Positions 1-9,219 of a DNA stretch of 64,000 nt are shown piece after piece; position 1 is the first letter of the stretch; each line of letters starts with the position of its first letter. The notes beneath the pieces are model-generated. The model was not told the DNA's origin. It saw only the letters and a list, made by a program, of their open reading frames with translations, and ran no database searches. The stretch is from Candidatus Multivoradales bacterium (GTDB taxonomy: Bacteria > Acidobacteriota > Thermoanaerobaculia > Multivoradales > Multivoraceae): positions 632,881 through 696,880 of the forward strand of contig CBDCWI010000002.1 of assembly GCA_965223325.1 (NCBI GenBank), given 5' to 3'. The translations under genes and the position numbers were made by a program.

Positions 1-1851
1 CAGCCAACCGGCACCCTGATTCGCTACCGCGCAACCGCCGAGGGGGCCAACGGTGGCGCGAGTACGCCGCGTGTCGACGACACCATCACCTGGCGCGGCA
101 CGATGATCGAGTACGAGATCGCCACCGCTCTGCCGGTTTTTCACTGGTGGATCGAAGCCGGCGACTATCAGGCGGCGGTCGACCACAAGTTCAGCGACGA
201 AACCGAGCCGGCATTGCTCTACTACGACGGCGAGCTCTGGGACGGCGTGCGAATCCGCGTTCGAGGTGGGACCTCGCGACAGTGGGACAAGCTGCAGTGG
301 AAGTTCATCATGCCGCAGGGGCACGACTTCGTCGCGCCCGACCTCCTGCTCGGGCCAGTCGACCGCCTCAACCTCAACAGTGGCTACTCTGACAAAACCC
401 ACCTGCGCGAAACCCTGGGCTGGGAAACTGTCGCCGCCGCTGGCCTCCCCGCCTCACTGGCGTTCCCGATCAGGCTCGAACGCAACGGCTCGTTTCATGG
501 GCTCTTTACCTTCATCGAACAACCCGACGGTGAATGGTTCGATCGCATCGAGCTCGATGGTGACGGAGCACACTACAAGTCGGGCAGTGACTGTCGCGCG
601 TTGCCGATCATCGACCTCGAGTTCTTCTACGAGAAGAAGACGCGCGAAGACGAGGGGCACGACGATCTCAAGGCCTTTCTCGACGGCATCGCGGCCGCCG
701 AGGGCGACCCCGAGGCGCGCACTGGCCTGCTGCGGGAGCACTTCGACCTGCCAGCGCAGATCAACTACATGGCGGTGATGACGCTGTTGCATAGCAACGA
801 CCATGTGGCCAAGAACTTCTACCTCTATCGCGACACCGAAGGTACCGGCCGCTGGCACACGCTGGCCTGGGACCTCGACCTGATTCTCGGCCGTAGCTAC
901 CAGGGTGAGGTTCTCAACGATCGCATGTTCGCCGCCGACGACATCATCGAGGGGCGCCCTGATGTCAGCCCGAGCCATCCCCTGTTCGGCGACCGCACCC
1001 ACCAGAAGTGGGACTTTTTCTGGAATCGCTGCATCGACATCGTGCTTTCAGACGACGAGACACGGAGCCTGTACTACCGTCGCCTCCGCACCTTGATGGA
1101 CTCTCTCCTCACCGCCGGGGTCTTTGAACAGCGCCTTGACGAACTCGCGGCATTGATCGCGCCCGAAGCCGCGCTCGATCGCTTAGAACCGTGGGGCCAG
1201 TGGGGCGAGGCGCAGACCCTGGCCGAGGCCGTCAGTATTCTCAAGGACGAGCATCTGACGCCCCGCCGCCAGCATCTCTTCGTCTCCCATCGCACCGCGG
1301 GCGAGATCCCACCCGCCCAGACCGGCGATGACGAGGAGCGCGTGCGCATCGTCGAGATCATGTACGCCCCCGCCTCGGGCAGCGACGCCGAGTTCGTCGA
1401 GTTGTGGAACGGAGCGGACACCGCAGTCGACCTCAGTGGTTGGACGCTCGAGGGGACCGACACGGTCCTGCGCGGCGGCACGGTCATTCCCGCCAAGGGA
1501 ACCCTTCTCCTGGTGCGCGCCGACACAGTCTTTCGCACCATCCATGGAGGCACACTTCTCGTCGGCGGCGAAACCGAAGACGAGCTGGCCGACTCAGGGG
1601 TCGAGCTCATCCTGCGGAACGCGGACGGCCTGGAGATCGACCGGGTGCCCTACCTCGCGACCGCACCCTGGCCGACCGCGGCCGGCACTTCGCTGGTGCG
1701 TCGCCATCCCGACCTCGCGGGCGCCGACCCCGCGAGTTGGGCGGCCAGTGAAGAAGAGGGCGGTAATCCCGGGACGCTGTGGGTCGAATCGCTGTTCGAA
1801 GACGGCTTCGAGTCGGGCGGAGTCAACCAGTGGTCCTTTGCCCGCCACTGA
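1..1851 (+). CDS. CotH kinase-family protein with a C-terminal lamin-tail domain (LTD). The 5' end lies outside the window.
   Basis: The frame is open from nt 1 (no stop upstream of the ATG at 103) and ends at TGA 1849-1851. The translation shows CotH-like motifs (VRIRVRGGTSRQ, NLNSGYSDKTHLRETLGW, NGSFHGLFTFIEQPD). The C-terminal part (EIMYAPASGSDAEFVELWNG...LSGWTL) matches the lamin-tail domain signature. GC3 is high. Confidence 0.75.
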   Translation, partial: QPTGTLIRYRATAEGANGGASTPRVDDTITWRGTMIEYEIATALPVFHWWIEAGDYQAAVDHKFSDETEPALLYYDGELWDGVRIRVRGGTSRQWDKLQWKFIMPQGHDFVAPDLLLGPVDRLNLNSGYSDKTHLRETLGWETVAAAGLPASLAFPIRLERNGSFHGLFTFIEQPDGEWFDRIELDGDGAHYKSGSDCRALPIIDLEFFYEKKTREDEGHDDLKAFLDGIAAAEGDPEARTGLLREHFDLPAQINYMAVMTLLHSNDHVAKNFYLYRDTEGTGRWHTLAWDLDLILGRSYQGEVLNDRMFAADDIIEGRPDVSPSHPLFGDRTHQKWDFFWNRCIDIVLSDDETRSLYYRRLRTLMDSLLTAGVFEQRLDELAALIAPEAALDRLEPWGQWGEAQTLAEAVSILKDEHLTPRRQHLFVSHRTAGEIPPAQTGDDEERVRIVEIMYAPASGSDAEFVELWNGADTAVDLSGWTLEGTDTVLRGGTVIPAKGTLLLVRADTVFRTIHGGTLLVGGETEDELADSGVELILRNADGLEIDRVPYLATAPWPTAAGTSLVRRHPDLAGADPASWAASEEEGGNPGTLWVESLFEDGFESGGVNQWSFARH

Positions 1852-1972
1852 GCCACGGAGATCCTCAAACCTAGTTTTTCGGCATATTTCTTGCAAATCT
1901 ACGGGCGGAGCCGTGCGCTTACCCCTCGGTCCTTTCGGCCTCCCTTGACTCTCGGCGCACAAACCTCTTGCC

Positions 1973-2695
1973 ATGAGTGATTTGCCCCCATCGCCCCAAC
2001 GCGACGACTCGCTCGTCCTGCCGATTCGTGATGAGCGACTGCCCGCCGCTGGTTTACGGGGTTCGCTGCCGCTCACTGCGGCCGGGACTCTGGTTGATCT
2101 GAGCCTCGAGGGCCTCGGCCTCGACACCTCTGAGGCCCTGCCGGTCGGCGAAAGCTACCGTCTCGACCTCAACTGCCAGGGTGACCAGCTGACAATCGAC
2201 GGCACTTTGCGGTGGCAGCAGTTGTCGGCGCTCGACACCGGAATCGACGGCCAACAGCTACCGCGCTACCGAACGGGCATCCAGCTTCCTCCGTCCACCA
2301 GCGAGCGGCGCTCGGTGTCGCGGTTTCTCGATCGTCACGCCGGCCCGCAAAATGGCGAACGGGTTCCCCCACGCTGGCACCTCAGGCGCCCCGCCGTGCT
2401 CGCGCTGCAGGCCGAGTTTCCGTTCGAGGTCTCGACGGTCAGTCGGTCCGGCATGCTGATCGATGTTCCGGTTCGATTGGGTCCTGGAGAACCCGTCGAG
2501 CTGGCGCTCGTACTCCCCGAGGAGGCGAAGCGCGATACCGACAGGCTTCGGGTTCAAGCGGAGACCGTCGAGGCGCACCTCTTGCGCACCGACGGCGGCG
2601 CCGAACGTCGCCTGGCTCTGCGCTTCGTGCAGCGCGGCGAAGGTTACGCCCGGTTGCGGGCCTGGATCGACCACCGGCTTCAGGTCGAAGTCTAG
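1973..2695 (+). CDS. Tandem PilZ-domain protein (c-di-GMP receptor-like)
   Basis: Two PilZ-like halves each carry an R-rich motif followed by D/N-x-S-x-x-G (RDERLPAAG...DLSLEGLGL and RRPAVLA...STVSRSGMLIDVP). The gene sits upstream of the RNA methylase on the same strand. Confidence 0.55.
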   Translation: MSDLPPSPQRDDSLVLPIRDERLPAAGLRGSLPLTAAGTLVDLSLEGLGLDTSEALPVGESYRLDLNCQGDQLTIDGTLRWQQLSALDTGIDGQQLPRYRTGIQLPPSTSERRSVSRFLDRHAGPQNGERVPPRWHLRRPAVLALQAEFPFEVSTVSRSGMLIDVPVRLGPGEPVELALVLPEEAKRDTDRLRVQAETVEAHLLRTDGGAERRLALRFVQRGEGYARLRAWIDHRLQVEV

Positions 2696-2846
2696 GTGAG
2701 GGGCAAGCCACGGGCCGCGGCATCAGGGCGCCCCGGGGCGGTCCCCATCTTGTAGCCTCCAGGAGCCCGTTAGCGCCTCCCGACGCTCGACATCGACTTC
2801 TGGCTCTGGTGCCACGTGCCGGCCATCCACCCGGGAACCCTCCCCC

Positions 2847-3620
2847 TTGCCCCCGACCGATTTCAGAGACCCACTTCACACCGAAACCGCGCTCGCGGAT
2901 CGGGTTCAGTCGCTCGCCGCACGCTTGCGGGCGATCGACCCTCTAGCCAGCGAGTTCACCGACCGTCGTCTCGAGCGCATGCTCGAGGTCGCGTGTCGGC
3001 GCCTGGTTTCGATCACGCTGATCCTCGAAGATCTCTGGGACCCCCACAACGCCTCGGCGATCATCCGAAGCGCCGAAGGCCTGGGTCTCGACTCGGTTCA
3101 CTTTGTCGAAGCCGGCAACCGCTATCGCCGCAACCGCGGCGTGCTCAAAGGAGCCGATCGCTGGCTCAGCATCGAGCGCTACACCGCCACCGAGGACGTG
3201 TTCTCGGCATTGCGTCAGCGTGGTTTCAGAGTCGCGGTCGCCGACGCCAGCGAAGATCCCGTCCGCCAACAGTCGGCGCGAACTCTAGAAGAGCTCCCGG
3301 TCGATTCTCCCCTAGCGATTGTCATGGGCGCCGAAAAGAATGGACCGTCACAAGCCGCGCTCGAGCTTTCAGACCACACGTTCACCGTGGCGATGGCCGG
3401 CTTCACCACCAGCTTCAACGTTTCGGTGAGCGCAGCGATCGCGCTCTTTGACGTCACCCGGCGACGACGAGACCACCTGGGTGCAATGGGTGAGCTCGAC
3501 GACAGGGAGATCCTCGACCGCGTCCGCGACTGGATGGAGGCGACGATCAACCGACGGACTCCGCCCGGACTGCGGCCACGCAGTCGACACCACGGTTCAG
3601 AATCGGCCCCCGAATCGTGA
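2847..3620 (+). CDS. SpoU/TrmH-family RNA 2'-O-ribose methyltransferase
   Basis: Motifs LILEDLWDPHNASAIIRSAEGLG and AIVMGAEKNG are typical of the SpoU methylase family. The stop overlaps the next gene start (ATGA at 3617-3620), which indicates translational coupling. Confidence 0.8.
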   Translation: MPPTDFRDPLHTETALADRVQSLAARLRAIDPLASEFTDRRLERMLEVACRRLVSITLILEDLWDPHNASAIIRSAEGLGLDSVHFVEAGNRYRRNRGVLKGADRWLSIERYTATEDVFSALRQRGFRVAVADASEDPVRQQSARTLEELPVDSPLAIVMGAEKNGPSQAALELSDHTFTVAMAGFTTSFNVSVSAAIALFDVTRRRRDHLGAMGELDDREILDRVRDWMEATINRRTPPGLRPRSRHHGSESAPES

Positions 3621-5950
3621 GAAAGCGGATTGCCGCCTGGCTCGCCGGCCTCGCTGCACGGCGCCCGGTTCTCTTGCTGGCCGTTGCAACCGTCCCGGCC
3701 CTCCTGGTCGTCACTGCGCTCCCGGGGCTGCCCGTCGACATGAGCTTCGCCGGCATGATGGACCGCCAGGATCCCGAGGTCGAGCGCTACTTCAGGACCC
3801 TGGGCGAGCTCGAGATGGGGGGCGAGGTTCTGCTCCTGCTCGAGGGGCCCGACGAACTGCTCGACGACGCCGCCCGCCGCGTCATGACGGCGGCGGCCGC
3901 AAACCCCGACGTGGTGGGCACGGATTCGGGCGTGCCGGCCGAATGGCTAGAAGAGAACGCCGCCTGGCTCGCTCCGAGAGACCTCTTCGACCAGTGGCTG
4001 GCCTGGGTCGAGGGTTCCGAAGACATCGCCGAGGGTATGAAGCTCCTCGCGCGCTTTCGAGAGCTCCAAGAGTCGACGCGCACCGAAGGGTCGCGCCTGG
4101 TCACCATTCGCCTACGGCGACATCCACTCGAAGTCGACTTCGGAGGCAGCGAGTTTCTTCGCCTCGAAGAACAGATCCTGGCGTCCATCGACGACCACCG
4201 CATCTCCGCTGGGCTCTCTGGGCTGCCGGCCGTTGCCGCCCAGGACCAGAGCCGCACCATGGGTTCGATCAAGCGACTCACCCCGGTCAGCCTGTTACTC
4301 GCTCTCCTTCTGTTTCGCTTCCTCGAACCGCGGCTGCTCGGCCTCTTGGCGGTTCTCGCACCGCTTGCTCTGGCCGTTGTGGTCACGCTTGTTCTGACCG
4401 GATGGATTCTGGGCGGCATCACTGTGATGGAGACCTTCTTTGGCATCATGGTCTTCGGTCTCGGCATCGATTTCGGCATTCACCTCTTGAGCCGGCTGCA
4501 GGAAGAACAAGCAGCCGGAAAGCCCTTCGAAGTCGCGTTGTCGAACGCTCTCGCCCTCTCGGGCGCAGGCGTCGCCGCCGGCGCCGTCACCACCGGTGGC
4601 GCCTTCCTGATCGTCGCCATGGCTCCCGAGCCGGTTGCCAGGCATCTCGGCTTCCCAGGTGGCATCGGACTGCTCCTCTGCCTTGCGCTCACCTTCACGG
4701 TGCTTCCCGCACTGTGGGCCTTACTCGAGCGACTGCCCAACAAGGTGCCCCCGAGAGCGTTCTCGCGATCGGATGCAACGGGCTCGGCATCCAAGAGACC
4801 CCTCGGCCCACTCGAACGCATCGCCGCCGCGGCGACCGAGCGCGCCAACCTGACGATCGCTATGGCCGGAGTCCTCGCCGTCACCGCGATGCTCGGGACT
4901 GCTCGCTGGGAATTCGAAACCGACCTGACCAAGGTCTTCAATCGACAGGTTCCCGCCCTCGCGGTGGTCGAAAGGGTCCAGGAACTCCACGGTCTGAACG
5001 GAGCTCCATGGTTCGTCGCAGTCGCTGATGAGGCTGCGGCAGCGCAGCTGGTCGAGAAGTTCGAAGCGCACCCGACCTTTGCCCGCGTCATGAGTCTGAG
5101 CAATCTCCTGCCCGCCGACGTCACGGAGCGCCAACGCGCCCTGGCAGCCTGGTCTGGCAGAGCACCGGCCGGTTCTTCTCCGATGTGGTCGCTCGCAGCG
5201 GCGCCACTCTTATCGGCGAAGCAGAACGGACCTCCAGGCATCGAAGATCTTCCTCAGGTCCTTCGCAAACGCCTGGTGGCGCCAACGGGAGAGCTCATCG
5301 TCTACGCCTGGGCAACGCGCTCTCCGCTGTCGGGCGAGGAGGCACTTGGGCAGCGCATCGCGGCGCAATCGATTGCTCCTCGGGCCACCTCACTCGGCGT
5401 CCTGATCGAGAACATTCTCGGAGCCGAGCGCCCCTGGCTGTGGCGCCTCCTAACGGCGATCCTGGCCTTCGTCGCTCTCGTGCTGTGGGTCGATTTCAGG
5501 TCTCTCTGGCTCTCGGTGCTCGCCCTGGTCCCGGTGACCCTCGGCGTCATCGGAACGATCGGGATTCTCTGCTGGACGGGCACCGCCTTCAACGTCATGA
5601 CCGTGATGGTCGTGCCGCTGATCCTGGGCCTCGGCGTCGACGACGGGATTCACGTCGTGCACCGGCTGCGTGAGGACGGCGGACACGATCCGGCGGCGGC
5701 AGCCGCAGCCGTGGGACGAGCCATCACCATGACAACCGCCACGACCTGCTCGAGCTTCTTCGTCCTCTTGTTCGCTGATCACCCCGGGCTCGAGTCGATG
5801 GCCTGGGTCATGCTGATCGGCCTACCGCTCTGCCTGTTGACCTCGATCACCGTCCTGCCAGCACTGGCTCGAAAGCTCGGGTCAAAGGTCTTCGCGCCAT
5901 CGCCCGAGGTCGCCAGGGAGTCGGCGACGGGAAATCCGGCTGTTCTCTGA
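3617..5950 (+). CDS. MMPL/RND-superfamily membrane exporter (HpnN-like)
   Basis: A 777-aa polytopic membrane protein with two bundles of TM helices separated by soluble loops, the topology of MMPL/RND proteins. It is translationally coupled to the upstream methylase. Confidence 0.65.
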   Translation: MRKRIAAWLAGLAARRPVLLLAVATVPALLVVTALPGLPVDMSFAGMMDRQDPEVERYFRTLGELEMGGEVLLLLEGPDELLDDAARRVMTAAAANPDVVGTDSGVPAEWLEENAAWLAPRDLFDQWLAWVEGSEDIAEGMKLLARFRELQESTRTEGSRLVTIRLRRHPLEVDFGGSEFLRLEEQILASIDDHRISAGLSGLPAVAAQDQSRTMGSIKRLTPVSLLLALLLFRFLEPRLLGLLAVLAPLALAVVVTLVLTGWILGGITVMETFFGIMVFGLGIDFGIHLLSRLQEEQAAGKPFEVALSNALALSGAGVAAGAVTTGGAFLIVAMAPEPVARHLGFPGGIGLLLCLALTFTVLPALWALLERLPNKVPPRAFSRSDATGSASKRPLGPLERIAAAATERANLTIAMAGVLAVTAMLGTARWEFETDLTKVFNRQVPALAVVERVQELHGLNGAPWFVAVADEAAAAQLVEKFEAHPTFARVMSLSNLLPADVTERQRALAAWSGRAPAGSSPMWSLAAAPLLSAKQNGPPGIEDLPQVLRKRLVAPTGELIVYAWATRSPLSGEEALGQRIAAQSIAPRATSLGVLIENILGAERPWLWRLLTAILAFVALVLWVDFRSLWLSVLALVPVTLGVIGTIGILCWTGTAFNVMTVMVVPLILGLGVDDGIHVVHRLREDGGHDPAAAAAAVGRAITMTTATTCSSFFVLLFADHPGLESMAWVMLIGLPLCLLTSITVLPALARKLGSKVFAPSPEVARESATGNPAVL

Positions 5951-5999
5951 CTCCCTTTGAGACAAGCCCCCTCTGGGGCCTCTCATTGTTCTCCTTTTC

Positions 6000-6335
6000 T
6001 TGGAACCCCCGTTCATGAATCACCTGCTTCAACAGGTCGGCCAGCACATGGTCGACGTCGCACCTCCCGACTTCGCCGCCGCTCGGCTGATCGTCACCGT
6101 CCACGAAGGCAACGTCGAAGTGCTCTCGCGCTTCGAGGACGAGAACGGCGAGAGCTCGGACCTGCCCATCGACATTCTGCTCGTCGCTCCTCTCTGGCTC
6201 GAGATCCGCAGTCATCTCGCCAAGGAAACGGGGCGCGAGCCCTTTGAGGCGGCGACCTTCACGCTCGCCAACGATGGCCACTTCGACCTCGACCTGCGCT
6301 ACGAAGATGACGAGCCGCAGGACGAGGGCAGGTAG
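6000..6335 (+). CDS. Small acidic hypothetical protein (111 aa); candidate inhibitor or immunity partner of the downstream nuclease-domain protein
   Basis: Clean GC3-biased coding frame. The product is D/E-rich (EDENGESSD, RYEDDEPQDEGR). Its stop at 6333-6335 lies only 6 nt before the start of the next gene. Confidence 0.5.
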   Translation: MEPPFMNHLLQQVGQHMVDVAPPDFAAARLIVTVHEGNVEVLSRFEDENGESSDLPIDILLVAPLWLEIRSHLAKETGREPFEAATFTLANDGHFDLDLRYEDDEPQDEGR

Positions 6336-6341
6336 TCCGTC

Positions 6342-7619
6342 ATGGCCTGGCTTCCCTATCCCACGCTCTCGCGTCTCCCATCGAGGCCCACCGCGAACGA
6401 TTCGGTTGCTGCCGCCCCGGCAGAGGGCCCGGACCGCGAACATTCATCGCCGAGCTCTCTTCCTGGTGACGTCATTGGCGATGTCTTCGAGAGTGCCGCC
6501 AACGACAACCCGGACCGCTCCCTGTTCGACGGCCGCCTCGACCTGCGTAGGTCCGCACAAGCGCAAGCTGTCGACCCCGAAGACGGGTGCAGCTGTGAGA
6601 ACGAAGGCGAACAGGCATCCGTCGCAACGGCAAGGCAACAGCGGCGCCCCGAACCCAACCGTCTCTACCGAGTGGGTGACTACATCTACCGGACCGACAC
6701 GTTCGGCCGGGTGACCTGCGCTTCGGGCAAGCTGCGACTCGAGAAGGGGGGCCGCTCAGCCTACTGGCAGAAGAAGGTCGGTGACAGCGGTTACTGGCAC
6801 GACGACGGCGGCCACCTGATCGGCGATCAGTTCGGCGGCAAGTCGACGCCGCTCAACATGCTTCCCCAGCACTGGGGTCTCAACCGCGGAGCCGGCAGTA
6901 CCTGGCGATTCGAGATCGAAGACAAACTCGCCGGCCTGCTCGAAGACGGGCACGAGGTCTGGCTGAAGGTTCGCCCGCAGTACGCGCCGGTCGCCGCCGC
7001 AGATTCAGTCGCCGCTACGCGTCCGATCGCCTACGCAGTCGAATACCGAGTGGTCCTCCATGGCGAAGCTGCCAAGACCGCCCCGGAAGCCGACTACGTC
7101 GTGCGCCACTACCTCTACAACACTCGCGACGGGAAGCTCGCCCCGGCGGCCGAACCGGCCGAGCGTTCCGACCTGAGGCGGCCGGAACCCAACGCGCACT
7201 ACCTGGTCGGTTCTCTCGTCTACACCACCGACCACCTCGGCCGTGTCTCGAGGGTCAGCGGCCAACTCGCGCTCGACAAGCAGCGTGACTCCTACTACTA
7301 CCGCCGCAAGATCGGCAAACTAGGCAACAAGGGCGACGAGGGGGCTCACCTCATCGACCGTCGCTTCGGTGGCAAGAGTGTGCCGCTGAACCTGGTGCCG
7401 CTCGACCGCGACTTGAACCGCGACAAGGCCAGTGAGTGGATGGCGATCGAGAACCAGATTGCCGAGGCACTCGAGGAAGGGCGCGAAGTCAACGTCGATT
7501 TCGAGGTGCGCTATCCCGCGGGCTCCACCTCACATCGACCAGACGAGATCCTGGCGGCCTGGGGTATTGACAAGGCGTCGTACCAGCGCCGGGTCGAGAA
7601 CGAACACGGCGACGACTGA
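6342..7619 (+). CDS. Protein with two tandem His-Me-finger (NucA/Endonuclease_NS_2-like) endonuclease modules
   Basis: Two ~150-aa repeats each begin with RRPEPN. Each contains GHLI(G/D)xxFGGKSxPLNxxP...LNR...W...E...AL(E)(D/E)G.EV...Y. Compare GGHLIGDQFGGKSTPLNMLPQHWGLNRG with GAHLIDRRFGGKSVPLNLVPLDRDLNRD. The N-terminal ~100 aa is low-complexity and there is no signal peptide. Confidence 0.7.
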   Translation: MAWLPYPTLSRLPSRPTANDSVAAAPAEGPDREHSSPSSLPGDVIGDVFESAANDNPDRSLFDGRLDLRRSAQAQAVDPEDGCSCENEGEQASVATARQQRRPEPNRLYRVGDYIYRTDTFGRVTCASGKLRLEKGGRSAYWQKKVGDSGYWHDDGGHLIGDQFGGKSTPLNMLPQHWGLNRGAGSTWRFEIEDKLAGLLEDGHEVWLKVRPQYAPVAAADSVAATRPIAYAVEYRVVLHGEAAKTAPEADYVVRHYLYNTRDGKLAPAAEPAERSDLRRPEPNAHYLVGSLVYTTDHLGRVSRVSGQLALDKQRDSYYYRRKIGKLGNKGDEGAHLIDRRFGGKSVPLNLVPLDRDLNRDKASEWMAIENQIAEALEEGREVNVDFEVRYPAGSTSHRPDEILAAWGIDKASYQRRVENEHGDD

Positions 7620-7752
7620 ATCCCGGGCACCGGCGCTGCGGTGGTGGTGTGCCAGGGAAAACACACTGGGCTCGATGCGCTTAGACTGAGACCCCGCGAC
7701 CGCAGAGATCGCGCGATGACGAATCGGTCCACAGCCTTCGAACGGTGCCCGC

Positions 7753-9213
7753 TTGAGTCTCCATCCTCCCGCTCCCCACAGAAGGACGCCTGCCGCGGCA
7801 GCGTTCACCGCCAGCCTTCTGTCTCTGCTGGCCGCCTCGGTGCTGGCCGGCTGCCGGCCGACCGCCGAGCCGCCGCCGGGCGCCTCCGCGTTGCCAAAGC
7901 CGGCGCCAAAGTCGGCGCTCGAGACTCCGGCGCCGTTCGAGAACCTGATCATCCTGATGATCGACACCCTGCGCGCCGACCATCTTCCCTGCTATGGCTA
8001 CGAGCGCAACACCGCCCCTTTCGTGTGCCGCCTCGCAGAGGATGGTCTTTCCTTCGAGTCCTACTCCGCCTCGTCGTGGACGCGGCCGTCGGTCGCCACC
8101 CTCTTGACCGGTCAGCCACCACCGGTGCACCAGACAATCACCCGCAGCGACTCCCTGCCGGCCGCGATCCCGTACCTGCCTGAACTCCTGAGCGAGCAGG
8201 GTTTTGTGACCGCGACGTTCGTCGGCAACCTCAACAGCGGTCGGCGCTTTGGTTTCGCGCGTGGCTTCGAGCACTACCACCAGACTCGGCCGACCGGCAA
8301 GGTCGATGGCGCCAAGGTCACCGATCGCGGCATCAGCCTCCTCCCGATGCTCAGCGGGCGCTACTTTCTCTACCTGCACTACGTCGACCCGCACGACCCC
8401 TACCGTCCTGCGCGCCCGTGGCAGAGCGCAGGAAGAGAAGCACGAGAACACTCCTGGACGCAGCCGCGAAAGATCGGGTCCCGCCCCCCCAACCCGCGAG
8501 AGATCACCAGCCTCATCGATCAGTACGATGGCGAAATCCGCGAGATGGACAGCGAGATCGAGCGCTTCCTGGCGGCTGCCGACGCGGCCGGGCTGCTCGC
8601 CGACACTCTCGTGGTGATCACTTCCGATCACGGCGAAGAGTTCGGTGAGCACGGCGGCCTCACCCACGGTCGGACCCTGTGGGAAGAAGTTGTAGCGGTA
8701 CCACTCGTTCTGTGGTCCGCCGACGGTCGGCTCAGGCCATCGGCTGGCCGCCCGGTCCTCGACCACATCGATGTCCTCCCGACGCTCCTCGAAGCACTGG
8801 CGCTCGAGGTCCCCCAGGGCCTGGCCGGCGACTCGCGCTGGTCCAACCTCGAGGCGCCGCGAACAGGTTCCCGCTGGTTGCATCTCGACCTCGATGATCG
8901 CGCCCTTCTGGCTTCGCGCAACGGCGACCAGAAGACCATTTGGAGCCCGCAGAGAAGCCTCACCTTCGACCTGGCGAGTGATCGAGAAGAACAGGCGCCG
9001 CGCCCGGCCAAGCGCCAAGCGACACTCCACATCCTCGAGCACTACCTGGCAATCGTTACCTCAACGCCACCGCAGCAGGCGCCACTGGATGACGAGGCAC
9101 AGGCGGCGTTGACGGCGCTGGGCTATCTGGATCCAACCGAAGACACCACCGACCTCGGCCGGCGACAACTCACCCGCGAGTCGATCGAGCGCGCCCTCGA
9201 TCAACTGCCCTGA
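7753..9213 (+). CDS. Sulfatase-like (alkaline phosphatase superfamily) hydrolase, lipoprotein
   Basis: Lipobox-type signal (LLAASVLAGC), then ILMIDTLRADHLP and later ITSDHGEEFGEHGG, both typical of sulfatase/AP-superfamily enzymes. It is paralogous to the CDS at 41012-43117. Confidence 0.8.
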   Translation: MSLHPPAPHRRTPAAAAFTASLLSLLAASVLAGCRPTAEPPPGASALPKPAPKSALETPAPFENLIILMIDTLRADHLPCYGYERNTAPFVCRLAEDGLSFESYSASSWTRPSVATLLTGQPPPVHQTITRSDSLPAAIPYLPELLSEQGFVTATFVGNLNSGRRFGFARGFEHYHQTRPTGKVDGAKVTDRGISLLPMLSGRYFLYLHYVDPHDPYRPARPWQSAGREAREHSWTQPRKIGSRPPNPREITSLIDQYDGEIREMDSEIERFLAAADAAGLLADTLVVITSDHGEEFGEHGGLTHGRTLWEEVVAVPLVLWSADGRLRPSAGRPVLDHIDVLPTLLEALALEVPQGLAGDSRWSNLEAPRTGSRWLHLDLDDRALLASRNGDQKTIWSPQRSLTFDLASDREEQAPRPAKRQATLHILEHYLAIVTSTPPQQAPLDDEAQAALTALGYLDPTEDTTDLGRRQLTRESIERALDQLP

Positions 9214-9219
9214 CGCTTC

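Noticed and set aside
3448-5028. 526-aa Arg-rich ORF in an alternative frame of the RND transporter gene
   Set aside because: Its composition (R/G/P/A) is typical of an out-of-frame reading of GC-rich coding DNA. The in-frame product has transporter-like TM topology.
5847-6443. 198-aa minus-strand ORF covering the small acidic ORF and the start of the nuclease gene
   Set aside because: It is antisense to two tightly coupled plus-strand genes with good GC3 bias, and it has no motifs. I considered it and discarded it, though with only moderate certainty.
7681-9042. 453-aa minus-strand ORF antisense to the sulfatase gene
   Set aside because: It is Arg/Gly/Ala-rich and low in complexity, with no motifs. 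The plus-strand frame encodes a clearly recognisable sulfatase-fold protein, and long antisense ORFs are expected at this GC content.
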